From the NCBI GenBank assembly GCA_038144835.1, contig JAYQON010000001.1:3483-67482 (forward strand): a DNA stretch of 64,000 nucleotides. The letters run 5' to 3'. Position numbers and translations under genes: made by a program. The notes under the pieces were generated by a model. The model had not been told where the DNA came from, did no database searches, and worked only from the letters and a program-made list of their open reading frames with translations. Shown here piece by piece: positions 48,166 through 57,258 of this stretch (position 1 is its first letter; every line of letters starts with the position of its first letter). The DNA comes from Bdellovibrionales bacterium (GTDB lineage: Bacteria > Bdellovibrionota > Bdellovibrionia > Bdellovibrionales > UBA1609).

Positions 48166-49188
48166 ATGAAATTTATTGATGAAGTCACCATTTCTGTAAG
48201 TTCGGGTAAAGGCGGCGCTGGAGCTGTGAGTTTTCGGCGCGAGGCTATGGTGCCACGCGGTGGACCTGATGGTGGTGATGGTGGCAAAGGTGGAGATGTA
48301 GTTATTCGCACAGACTCTCGCCTGCACTCACTTTTGGATTTGCGCTTTCAAAAGGCCTATCGAGCCCAAGATGGTGAACCTGGCCAAAACCGAAATCGTT
48401 CTGGTCGTGACGGAAATGATTTGGTCATAACGGTTCCTCCAGGCACTTTAGTTAAGGACGAAAGTGGACGTCTTTTGTATGACCTGACCGATCAATCTGA
48501 AGTTTTGCTGCTCAAGGGTGGACTTGGTGGCAAGGGCAATACCTTTTATAAATCCAGCGTAAACCAGGCTCCGACAGTCGCTCAAAAAGGATTGGCTGGC
48601 GTAGAGATGGAGATCCATCTCGAGCTGAAACTTTTAGCGGATGTTGGCATTGTGGGGCTCCCCAACGCTGGCAAAAGCACTCGGAGCTCAAGCATTTCTT
48701 CGGCCAAGCCAAAAATTGCTGATTACCCCGTTACGACGCGTGGTCCAAATTTGGGAGTTGTTCGTTATGCGCAGGAGCTCTCTTTTGTGGTCGCCGATAT
48801 TCCAGGATTGATTGAGGGGGCGAGTTCGGGAGCAGGGCTGGGAACCCAATTTTTGCGTCATATTGAACGTTGCCGTGTATTTGTGCACTTGATTGACGCC
48901 TCTGTAATGGCTAGCAAGAGCCCCCTTGAGGCCTATGATGAAATTCGCAGTGAACTGGCTTTGTATGATCAGGCCAAAGCCGATGAAGAAGGCTTCAATC
49001 CTCTCTCAGCGCGGCCAGAGCTCGTGGTTTTAAACAAAATTGATTCGGTTGAAGAGATGCAGTTGCGTGCATCCGTAGAGGCCTTTCGCAAACGTGGACT
49101 AGACGTACAGATGATTTCCGCAGCGACGGGCAAAAATATAAAAGAGCTTGTAGATGCGCTCGGAAAGAGAGTCTTCAGTGAATCGTAA
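48166..49188 (+). CDS. obg: GTPase Obg/CgtA
   Basis: Obg fold N-terminus MKFIDEVTISVSSGKGGAGAVSFRRE with Gly-rich repeats. G1 GLPNAGKST, G3 DIPGLIEGA, G4 NKID. Confidence 0.9.
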   Translation: MKFIDEVTISVSSGKGGAGAVSFRREAMVPRGGPDGGDGGKGGDVVIRTDSRLHSLLDLRFQKAYRAQDGEPGQNRNRSGRDGNDLVITVPPGTLVKDESGRLLYDLTDQSEVLLLKGGLGGKGNTFYKSSVNQAPTVAQKGLAGVEMEIHLELKLLADVGIVGLPNAGKSTRSSSISSAKPKIADYPVTTRGPNLGVVRYAQELSFVVADIPGLIEGASSGAGLGTQFLRHIERCRVFVHLIDASVMASKSPLEAYDEIRSELALYDQAKADEEGFNPLSARPELVVLNKIDSVEEMQLRASVEAFRKRGLDVQMISAATGKNIKELVDALGKRVFSES

Positions 49189-50167
49189 GATTGGTCTATT
49201 CGGTGGAAATTTTGATCCTTTTCATTACGGTCATTTAAACAGTATGCTCAGTGTGGCCGAATTTTTTGAACTCAATGAGGTGAGGGTAGTTCCTGCATGC
49301 GTTAGTCCTTTGAGGGTCCAGACACAAGGGTCGAGTGCGCAACAACGTTTAGAGATGCTCACTCGAGGGATTTCTGGTCATGAAAATTTAATAAAAATTG
49401 ATATGCAGGAAATTGAGCGGGGTGGTGTTAGTTATACGATCGACACCATAAGGGCACTTGAGAATGAAGATGATCGCTTGATGCTCATCATTGGCATGGA
49501 TCAATTTTCCAAGTTTGATCAGTGGAAAGACTTTGACCAAATCCTCACCAAAGCAGACCTCATTGTCACTTCACGTCCAGGGATGGAGCTGCCGTACACG
49601 CTTGAGGACTGGCCAGTGGCAGTTAGATCATTGGTGGCGGACCATGATCAGCATCAAGCTGTACTGAAGACAGGGCGATCAATATATTTTTTCCAGTTGG
49701 CCGATGTCGAGGCCTCGGGCACGGAGATACGTCGAAAAGTTCGGTTTAATCAGAGTATTCATGGATTAGTTCCTCCAGGAGTTGAGGAGTACATTCGAGA
49801 GCAAAAGTTATATGAATCCGTTCAACGTAATATCGGCGATTTTGAAAAATTCACGGCCTTTTGTGCGGGTATTTTGAATGAAAAAGGCGGAATAAATGTC
49901 CAATCTTATGACTTGCGAGAGCGGCAAGGACCATCCGAATTCACTTTGATTTGCTCAGGTACCAGCACTCGCCATGCTTCGGCCTTGGCCGATCATGTAG
50001 TGAAAGAGGTAAAGAAAGAGTACGGGGTTTGGCCTGAAAGCATTGAAGGTCAAAGTGAGGGACGCTGGGTTTTAGTTGATTATGGGGCATTGATTATTCA
50101 CGTATTTTACGATTTTGTTCGTCAGGAATACCGTCTCGAAGACCTATGGACTAAGCCCCGAGCATAG
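49178..50167 (+). CDS. nadD: Fusion of nicotinate-nucleotide adenylyltransferase (NadD) and ribosomal silencing factor RsfS
   Basis: N-terminal part: GLFGGNFDPFHYGH, the (H/T)xGH motif, and ISGTEIR-like ASGTEIRRK. The C-terminal ~110 aa (ICSGTSTRHASALADHVVKE...WVLVDYGALIIHVF...LEDLW) match RsfS/iojap. One uninterrupted frame. Start is GTG 49178 or ATG 49154. Confidence 0.8.
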   Translation: MNRKIGLFGGNFDPFHYGHLNSMLSVAEFFELNEVRVVPACVSPLRVQTQGSSAQQRLEMLTRGISGHENLIKIDMQEIERGGVSYTIDTIRALENEDDRLMLIIGMDQFSKFDQWKDFDQILTKADLIVTSRPGMELPYTLEDWPVAVRSLVADHDQHQAVLKTGRSIYFFQLADVEASGTEIRRKVRFNQSIHGLVPPGVEEYIREQKLYESVQRNIGDFEKFTAFCAGILNEKGGINVQSYDLRERQGPSEFTLICSGTSTRHASALADHVVKEVKKEYGVWPESIEGQSEGRWVLVDYGALIIHVFYDFVRQEYRLEDLWTKPRA

Positions 50168-50641
50168 ATGCAACTTAATTTTTTTGTTTTTGAAACAAGG
50201 TCTCCCGACTGGCTTCAACAAATCCGAACCGATTACGTAGGTAAAATTTCCGGTTTTTTGAACATGGAATGGCGAACCCTCAAGAGCCCGGGGGCGGAGC
50301 GCGATCAGGCTGACATCAAACGTAAGCGAGAGGCTGAGCTACTCTTTAAGCAGCTTGATGAGCGGGATTATGTGATCTTGTTCGATGAGGCCGGCAGACT
50401 ACATAAGAAGTCCGAAGAGTTTGCGATAGCTCTTAGTCGGGCACTCGAAAGTGGAAAATCGCGAGTTGTTTTTTGTATTGGTGGCCCCTATGGCTTTGAT
50501 GAGAAAGTAAAAGCTCGAGCACAAGCTCGATGGTCGCTGTCTACTTTAACCATGAATCATTGGATAGCTCAGGCAGTTGCCCTGGAACAAATTTATAGGG
50601 GCCTTACAATCCTGAAGGGTTTGCCCTATCATAACCGTTGA
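50168..50641 (+). CDS. rlmH: 23S rRNA (pseudouridine1915-N3)-methyltransferase RlmH
   Basis: 157 aa SPOUT protein with VFCIGGPYGF and SLSTLTMNHW motifs. Starts directly after the nadD::rsfS stop. Confidence 0.85.
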   Translation: MQLNFFVFETRSPDWLQQIRTDYVGKISGFLNMEWRTLKSPGAERDQADIKRKREAELLFKQLDERDYVILFDEAGRLHKKSEEFAIALSRALESGKSRVVFCIGGPYGFDEKVKARAQARWSLSTLTMNHWIAQAVALEQIYRGLTILKGLPYHNR

Positions 50642-50738
50642 GCCGTTGCTGGCTCCGAAATTCGATGGCCTTTTGAAGTTTGCGATGTCTACAAATTGAG
50701 ATTGATTGGCATTATGTTTTGCAGATCAGGGCTCACTC

Positions 50739-51335
50739 ATGTTCTGGCCTCGTTCTTGTCTCATTTGTCACAGCTTTATGTTTGAATCCACGGCTCTGTG
50801 CCGGAGGTGCTCCTCGGACCTATGGGATTTACGTAGCCCTATCGTTCGCTTCGGCCGAGGATATACAATTCGCAGCCTTTTTCGATGGTACCCTGAATAC
50901 GGCCTACCTGCGCTGGATTGGTTGGCTCGAGGTCTGAAAAAACGGTCCCAATCTGAACTATGGCGCGAGTTTGCTTTATGGATGATTGAGACAAATGGTA
51001 CGCCCGAGAATTCGCTCTTTGTTCCCGTACCTTCACGTGGGCCAAATCATGCGCTAGGCCTGGCCTATGCCCTTGCGGATGTTTGTGGAGGGCGAATGGA
51101 GAATCCATTAAAAGTTTGTGGCAAGCAGTCTCAAAAAAGCCTGAACCGCGAAGGGCGATGGGGAGTCACATTTGAAATTGAAGGAAAATTTTGCAGCAAA
51201 TTCAAGACTGTCATTATCGTTGACGATGTGGTGACCACGGGTGCGACGGCCTCTGCCGCCTACAAGATTTTAGGGCGGCCTAAGAATTGCGAGGTTTGGT
51301 GTTTGTTAGACCGGCGTCCTTGCGGCACAGGATAG
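50739..51335 (+). CDS. ComF-family phosphoribosyltransferase-like protein
   Basis: N-terminal Cys pairs (CLIC...CRRC) and the PRTase motif VIIVDDVVTTGATA. ATG 50739 is preferred over TTG 50706. Confidence 0.7.
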   Translation: MFWPRSCLICHSFMFESTALCRRCSSDLWDLRSPIVRFGRGYTIRSLFRWYPEYGLPALDWLARGLKKRSQSELWREFALWMIETNGTPENSLFVPVPSRGPNHALGLAYALADVCGGRMENPLKVCGKQSQKSLNREGRWGVTFEIEGKFCSKFKTVIIVDDVVTTGATASAAYKILGRPKNCEVWCLLDRRPCGTG

Positions 51336-51354
51336 TGGCTGCTATATACATGGC

Positions 51355-51993
51355 ATGTCAAAGTGGTATTTGATCGGCTTATTCGTTTCCAGTTTATCGG
51401 CCTTGAACATTGAAGCCCGAGCTCCGGAGTCTGAGGTGGATGCGGTGCTAAGTCGATACCGTCAGGCTAAGGCCGTGCAGTCTAAGGTTAAAAAAATTGT
51501 GGTGCAGGAGCTAGTGGGATCGTCATCAGAGAGTAAGGGAAATTTTTATTTCTCAAAAGGTAAACTGAGGCTCGATTTTACCGAGCCTGAAAAGACACTA
51601 CTGGTCTATGACGGTAAATACGTCTGGCTCGAATCAAGAATGGAAGAAATGGTGTCAGTAACTAAAATAGCGACAGGTGAACTAAAAAAGTCTGACTCAT
51701 TACTGGCGGCATTATTTGAGAAGCAAAATGCGCTTAAAGGATTTCGCTTAATTGAGAGTAAATCTTCGGATCAAGGCAAAGTTTATTCGTTTGAACCGAA
51801 AGACAAGACTAAAACTGAAATTCAGTACCTAGAGCTCGGTTTGAAGAAAGATAGTTTAAAGTATTTGGTCTACCGCGACCAAGTTGAGAATAAGGTGAGC
51901 TTCGAATTCGAAAAAATCTATGTGACTACGGTACCTGCCAGCAAATTTAAATACAAACCGCCCCGAGGGGCAAACGTAACAGAGATCCAATGA
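51355..51993 (+). CDS. LolA-like outer-membrane lipoprotein carrier family protein
   Basis: Signal peptide, then the GNFYFSKGKLRLDF...LLVYDGKYVWLE pattern typical of the LolA fold. Confidence 0.55.
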   Translation: MSKWYLIGLFVSSLSALNIEARAPESEVDAVLSRYRQAKAVQSKVKKIVVQELVGSSSESKGNFYFSKGKLRLDFTEPEKTLLVYDGKYVWLESRMEEMVSVTKIATGELKKSDSLLAALFEKQNALKGFRLIESKSSDQGKVYSFEPKDKTKTEIQYLELGLKKDSLKYLVYRDQVENKVSFEFEKIYVTTVPASKFKYKPPRGANVTEIQ

Positions 51994-53372
51994 AAGAGCT
52001 GAACAAAGATTCTAAAAAAGTACATTTTGTAAGCCTTGGTTGCCCCAAGAACCTCGTTGATTCCGAAATCATGGCCGGATCATTGATGCGTGATGGATAT
52101 TCGGTGGTTGGCGAGGCTGAAGAGGCTGACACGGTTATTATTAACACGTGCGGATTTATTGAGGCTAGTAAGCAGGAGTCTCTCGATAAAATTTTGGAGA
52201 TGACCGATCTTAAAAAAGCTGGAAATTTAAAGAAGGTCGTGGTGGCAGGATGCCTCACCCAACGTTACAAAGATGAGCTTGTCGATGGCTTGCCTGAAGC
52301 TGATTTATTTGTTGGTTCAGGACAGTTCCAAAATATCGCTCAGATTTTAAGAGCCTCAAAGGCTGGTGGGTTGGAAAAGCGCTTTTTTAATTTGCCGACC
52401 TATCTTCAAGAAGACTCCACGCCAAGAGTGAATTCACAGCCGCGCCATCGCGCCTATCTCAAAATTTCTGAGGGATGTAAGAAGCGCTGTGCTTTTTGTG
52501 CCATTCCCATGATCCGGGGAAACCTTCAGTCGCGCCACCTTTCAGCAATTCTAAGTGAAGCGAAACTGTTAGTTGCCGGCGGAGTGAAAGAATTGATTGT
52601 TATTAGTCATGATTTTACCGACTTTGGTTGGGATTTGCGCAAACAAAACGCCGAAGCTAAAGAAAGCCCTGATGAGCTTTTACGGGTGCTGGCGGATGAA
52701 TCGGGGGCTGAGTGGATTCGAGTTCTTTATCAGTATCCCGATGGCGTCACGGACACGACCTTGGACCTTATTGAGAGTCGTTCAAACCTAGTTAAGTATT
52801 TTGATATGCCACTTCAGCATATCAATAACGAGGTTTTAAAAAACATGAATAGAAGAATGACTCGTCAGAAAATTGAAGACACTCTCAGCCGAGTGCGTGA
52901 TCGGCTGCCCGAGGCAGTGGTTCGCACACAATTCATTGTGGGCTTCCCTGGGGAAACTGAAGAACATTTCGAAGAGCTTATGACCTTTGTCGAGAAAAAT
53001 CGCTTTGATCGGGTGGGTTGTTTTGTGTACTCGCAGGAAGAGAACACTAAGGCCGGCTCTCTTCCTGATCAAGTCGACGAGAAAACAAAGCAACGCCGCC
53101 ACGATCAGCTTATGGAGCTTCAGCAAGGCCTATCGCGTGAAAAGCACAAAGCCTACATTGGAAAAACGGTGCAGGTTTTAGTTGAGGGATTTAGTGAGGA
53201 AACCGATCTACTCCTTGTGGGCCGCCACTCTCAACAGGCGCCAGACATTGATGGTGTGACATACATTAACGATGGGCAGGCGCAAGTAGGGGATATGGTG
53301 CAAGTCGAAATTACGGATGCGATGGATTACGATCTGATTGGTGGAATTGTACAAGATGGTGGACCGCAGTAA
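51990..53372 (+). CDS. rimO: Ribosomal protein S12 methylthiotransferase RimO (MiaB-family radical SAM)
   Basis: N-terminal UPF0004 Cys triad (SLGCPKN...NTCGF...AGCL), radical SAM CKKRCAFCAIP and a C-terminal TRAM domain. The size of 460 aa fits RimO. Confidence 0.8.
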   Translation: MKELNKDSKKVHFVSLGCPKNLVDSEIMAGSLMRDGYSVVGEAEEADTVIINTCGFIEASKQESLDKILEMTDLKKAGNLKKVVVAGCLTQRYKDELVDGLPEADLFVGSGQFQNIAQILRASKAGGLEKRFFNLPTYLQEDSTPRVNSQPRHRAYLKISEGCKKRCAFCAIPMIRGNLQSRHLSAILSEAKLLVAGGVKELIVISHDFTDFGWDLRKQNAEAKESPDELLRVLADESGAEWIRVLYQYPDGVTDTTLDLIESRSNLVKYFDMPLQHINNEVLKNMNRRMTRQKIEDTLSRVRDRLPEAVVRTQFIVGFPGETEEHFEELMTFVEKNRFDRVGCFVYSQEENTKAGSLPDQVDEKTKQRRHDQLMELQQGLSREKHKAYIGKTVQVLVEGFSEETDLLLVGRHSQQAPDIDGVTYINDGQAQVGDMVQVEITDAMDYDLIGGIVQDGGPQ

Positions 53373-53620
53373 GCGCTTATAATCAGACAACTAAATGTTG
53401 ACACCAAAGATTCATCAGCGGTGCAATAGAGTTCTGGTCTTTGGGGAGGGGAATGTGGTCACTGGGCAATTTGTTATGTTATTTGTGTGTTCTGTCGTTA
53501 TATTTTTTGTCGTAAATGTTCTGGTCAATTAGATTTGATTTTTTCGGCCAACATCAGCTGATACCAGATAATTTAAGAACGATTGTCACCTTATCGCAGC
53601 AACACAATTGATTTTCTAGA

Positions 53621-54133
53621 TTACTGCGTAAAGTTGTATATATCTCCATAATTGCGGCCCAGTTCTTCCGAGTCCATGCCGTAGCCAATTACAAAGCGAT
53701 CTTCGATTGTGCGGCCTACATAGTCAGGGGATATTGGCAGCTCCCTTAAGGCAGGCTTATCTAATAGTGCGACAATTTTTAGAGATGCAGGACTTGATGC
53801 TAACAACCGAGTTTTCAAAAAATTCAAAGTCCGGCCAGCATCAATGATCTCTTCGATAATCAGTACATGCTTGTCTTGAATATCTACTGAAATATCTTTG
53901 ATAATGCGGACACTCTCGCCTTTCGGGGAGGTCACGTACACAAAATCCAAAATTTGTGGAAGTTTGATTTGGCGAGAAAGGTCTGACATAAAAAGCACGG
54001 AACCCTTAAGTGGGCAGATCAGAACCAGCTCTTTTCCTATATAATCCTTTTCAATTTCACGCGCCAGCTCGGCGACCATCTCGGCAATTTCGTCTTTTGT
54101 GATTGAGGGAATCATTCCTTCGCGGATCTGCAT
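53621..54133 (-). CDS. hpt: Hypoxanthine(-guanine) phosphoribosyltransferase
   Basis: 170 aa with PRPP-binding VLIIEEIIDAGRTL and FVIGYGMD motifs. Confidence 0.9.
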   Translation of the reverse strand: MQIREGMIPSITKDEIAEMVAELAREIEKDYIGKELVLICPLKGSVLFMSDLSRQIKLPQILDFVYVTSPKGESVRIIKDISVDIQDKHVLIIEEIIDAGRTLNFLKTRLLASSPASLKIVALLDKPALRELPISPDYVGRTIEDRFVIGYGMDSEELGRNYGDIYNFTQ

Positions 54134-54145
54134 AGATGATGCTCC

Positions 54146-54877
54146 TTAGACTTCTACCATATTTTTGCGTCCCGTGGCGGCTTGAGCCTGGCGTAAAAGT
54201 CGTTGCGCCTCGCCATGGTTAGAATCTCTTTGTGTGACGGCTTCCCACTGCTCAATAGCCGAAGCAACATCACCCGTTTCATAAAGAATTTTTCCTAGAC
54301 GAATGCGAGCACTCAAAAAGCCAGGGTAATCTTTGCTCAAGCCCCTTAACTCCTTTAAAGCCTTTTCGGGTTCACCCAAACGCAGATAACATTCAACAAT
54401 TTTCATGGTGAGCTCAGGCTTGCGACTCGAGAGAGTCAAAGCCTTGTAATACTGTTCGAGTGCTTCTTTGTATCTCGTATGATGAAAATACATCTCACCC
54501 AGTTCGTCGTGCTTGATGCTGAACTTTTCATTGATGTAGGGGTCCTCAGATGAATTCTGGCGGGCGAGCAATTCTTTGGCTTCTTCAAAAACCTTTCGCC
54601 CTTCGTCGTATTTTCCCAGATCATTGAGAATAATGCTTAAGCCTACACTGGCGTCTGTGAAGGTAGGCTCAAGCTCAAGAGCTCGACGAAAAGCGCGAAT
54701 GGCTTTGTTGAACTTTCCCTGATCGTAATAAATTGTTCCCAACATATGAAAAACTTCAGGGGATTTGGCGTTCTTCAAAATCAACTGATTGAGAATAGGC
54801 TCAGCCAGAGAGTATTTATTTTCTCGGAAATAGTCGCGTGCTGTTACCAGCATATCATCGTTAGAAATGAGTTCCAA
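54146..54877 (-). CDS. Tetratricopeptide-repeat protein
   Basis: Multiple 34-aa TPR units (for example FHMLGTIYYDQGKFNKAIRAFRRALELEP). I see no signal peptide. Confidence 0.6.
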   Translation of the reverse strand: MELISNDDMLVTARDYFRENKYSLAEPILNQLILKNAKSPEVFHMLGTIYYDQGKFNKAIRAFRRALELEPTFTDASVGLSIILNDLGKYDEGRKVFEEAKELLARQNSSEDPYINEKFSIKHDELGEMYFHHTRYKEALEQYYKALTLSSRKPELTMKIVECYLRLGEPEKALKELRGLSKDYPGFLSARIRLGKILYETGDVASAIEQWEAVTQRDSNHGEAQRLLRQAQAATGRKNMVEV

Positions 54878-55610
54878 TTTCGCGCCTCGCTTTCTCAGCT
54901 TCTTCGGACTTTTTAAACTGAGTGGTTAAGCGTTGGTAAAAGCTCTTAGCTTTGCCTAGATCTTGTATTTTGTGAGCGCTGATTGCGGCCCCATACAAAG
55001 CCTGAGCATCGAACCCAAGATTTGGATAGGTCTCTAAAAGCTGTTCATACCGCCCAAGGGCGCTCTCAAAGCGGTCTCTCTTGAAATAAAAATCAGCTAT
55101 ATAAAGCTCTTTTTCAGCCAGCATTTTAACAGCTTTTTGTTTGTCTTCAGCGGCTTCTCGAGCGTAGGGGCTTTTGGGAAAAGATTGCCGAACCTCATCG
55201 AAATAGAGGATGGCTCTCTCTGCGACGGACAAGTCACGATCAATCGTTGTTGGGAGTTGCTTAAAAAAACTCAACCCTAAGCGGAAAGTAACATAGTCAA
55301 TGCGTGCGTGTGACGGGTGCATTTCCTTAAATGTCTGATATGCATTTTGAGCTTCAATAAATTCTTCACGTCGAAAATGAATGTCAGCAATTTTAAGTTT
55401 GGCCTCGGTAGCAAGCTTGGAATAGGGGTGCTTATTCTTTAACTGGTTGTATTGAGCAATAGCCTCTTCGAAGCGCTCATCTTTTTCATATTTTTCAGCC
55501 AACTTGAAGGCGCCTTCTGGAGAAGACGTATCTATGGTATCACTGGAAGAACAAGCCACCAGAACTTGAATGAAAAATAAAATAACAAATAATCGAATCA
55601 AAAAGCGCAT
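54861..55610 (-). CDS. bamD: Outer membrane protein assembly factor BamD (YfiO)
   Basis: Lipobox LVAC, TPR-like repeats, and the BamD-typical KHPYSKLATEA, FPKSPYAREA and LAEKELYIADFYFKR segments. Confidence 0.75.
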   Translation of the reverse strand: MRFLIRLFVILFFIQVLVACSSSDTIDTSSPEGAFKLAEKYEKDERFEEAIAQYNQLKNKHPYSKLATEAKLKIADIHFRREEFIEAQNAYQTFKEMHPSHARIDYVTFRLGLSFFKQLPTTIDRDLSVAERAILYFDEVRQSFPKSPYAREAAEDKQKAVKMLAEKELYIADFYFKRDRFESALGRYEQLLETYPNLGFDAQALYGAAISAHKIQDLGKAKSFYQRLTTQFKKSEEAEKARREIGTHF

Positions 55611-55651
55611 GAGCAGTGTTGAGTCTACTGAAGGCTGAAACGCAAAGTCAA

Positions 55652-56710
55652 TTAAGAGCGCGTATCGATAAGGTGACGATATACGGTTGTCAGCGTTACC
55701 TTAAGGGTGCTGGCGACCGGAATCGATATAATCATCCCTACAATGCCCATGAGTTGGGCCCCCGCGATAATGACCAGAATAACGGTGACGGGGTGAAGGT
55801 CGACGATTTTGGCCACGAGCACCGGAATCAATAGACCTGCATCAATTAATTGGGCAACGATATAGACTATAGCCATCATTGCGATCTCTAACGACGAGTA
55901 ACCGTTGACTAGTGCAATGAGGAAAGCTGGAACTGCTCCTAAAAGAGGGCCGAGGTAGGGTATGAGGTTAGTTACGGCCGCAATCGCTCCAAGCAGAATG
56001 GGGTAGGGAAACGAGATCAGCATCAGCCCTGCGGCTGTTACAAGGCCCACAATCAGGCTTTCAAGAATGCGTGCGCGCACAAATTGCCCGATTTGAAAAT
56101 TAATCTGATGTTGAAGGCTCAAGGCTGTTTCAAAAAGGTAATTTGGCACGATGGCTGCGGTTGAGCGCATGACCTTTCTGCCATCTTTGACCATGAAGAA
56201 AGCCAAAAACGGACCCAGTAGCATGACAGTAAAAAAAGTCTTTACAGTGCCAGGAAGGTGTTCAAAAAATCGTTGAGTCCAGCTAGTTAACTTGGATTCG
56301 ACTTTAGCCGTGAGATCAAAATCTGAGATTGGTCCAGCGATAGATCGCAGCCAACCCTCTACTTCTGAAATAAATTGGCTTACACCAGAGATATAGCGAG
56401 GCATGTCCCCTTGCAGCCTATAAAGTGAGTTGCCGAGATAGGGGAATAGCCATGCACCAACCAACGATAGAGTAGCTCCTACTGCAAAAAAAACCAGAGC
56501 ACTTGCTAACGCGCGTGAGACACCGTGTCGCTCAAGATAGTTCACGAGTGGCCCGAGGGAATAAGAGACCACAAACGCCAGAATGCACGACATAAGTAAA
56601 TTTTCGACGAGAACTATGAATGCAAAAATGAAGGCCAATACGCAAAGAAGGCCAATGAGTTTCCATCGATTGGCGCGTTTTAAGCTAGCTTTAGAGGGTG
56701 TCAGACTCAT
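55652..56710 (-). CDS. AI-2E family transporter (PerM/YhhT-like permease)
   Basis: 352 aa, about 8 TM segments, with a conserved C-terminal half (NLIPYLGPLLGAVPA...). 4-nt overlap with the upstream gene. Confidence 0.8.
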   Translation of the reverse strand: MSLTPSKASLKRANRWKLIGLLCVLAFIFAFIVLVENLLMSCILAFVVSYSLGPLVNYLERHGVSRALASALVFFAVGATLSLVGAWLFPYLGNSLYRLQGDMPRYISGVSQFISEVEGWLRSIAGPISDFDLTAKVESKLTSWTQRFFEHLPGTVKTFFTVMLLGPFLAFFMVKDGRKVMRSTAAIVPNYLFETALSLQHQINFQIGQFVRARILESLIVGLVTAAGLMLISFPYPILLGAIAAVTNLIPYLGPLLGAVPAFLIALVNGYSSLEIAMMAIVYIVAQLIDAGLLIPVLVAKIVDLHPVTVILVIIAGAQLMGIVGMIISIPVASTLKVTLTTVYRHLIDTRS

Positions 56711-57258
56711 GTTTTCTCGTTCATACGGCGGATTTCTTCTTTGAGCTCTGTGATTTTGACCGTTGTTTCTTTTAGCCTTCGTCCGAGCACTTCACTGAGG
56801 CGCAGTAAAATTTTAACACCCATATGTGGTTGACGCTCCAAGATCTCTAATAGATCTGGCTTAAAAAAGCCTATGAGCACGCTATCATCCAAAGCTGTCG
56901 CCGTGGCTGAGCGTCGAGAATTATTTTCAACAAGGGAGAGCTCGCCCAAAAAGTCACCACTTTTTAAACGGGTAACTAGATGCTTGCGCGTGGGCACGTC
57001 ATCATCAATGTGATGATCGGCATGAATTTCAAGGGCGCCCTGCAGAACAATGTACATCCCCACGCCAATTTCACCTTGGCGAAAAACGGGCTCGCCAGAT
57101 TTGAACCTGCGGACATGCACCATGCCCTGAAGAAAGCGCAATTCTCTGCGCGACAGAGTTTGAAAGATGTACGTCTGGCGCAAAGCCTCTAGAACGTTGT
57201 GTTCATGGTCAACCTTGCGAAATAAGTTTTCCCAAATGAAATTCATGTGGCTGCTCAT
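56707..57258 (-). CDS. Stand-alone cyclic-nucleotide-binding (CAP_ED) domain protein with C-terminal coiled coil
   Basis: Intact phosphate-binding cassette GDFLGELSLVENNSRRSATATA. No DNA-binding HTH follows. ATG 57258 forms an ATGA overlap with the upstream stop. Confidence 0.75.
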   Translation of the reverse strand: MSSHMNFIWENLFRKVDHEHNVLEALRQTYIFQTLSRRELRFLQGMVHVRRFKSGEPVFRQGEIGVGMYIVLQGALEIHADHHIDDDVPTRKHLVTRLKSGDFLGELSLVENNSRRSATATALDDSVLIGFFKPDLLEILERQPHMGVKILLRLSEVLGRRLKETTVKITELKEEIRRMNEKT

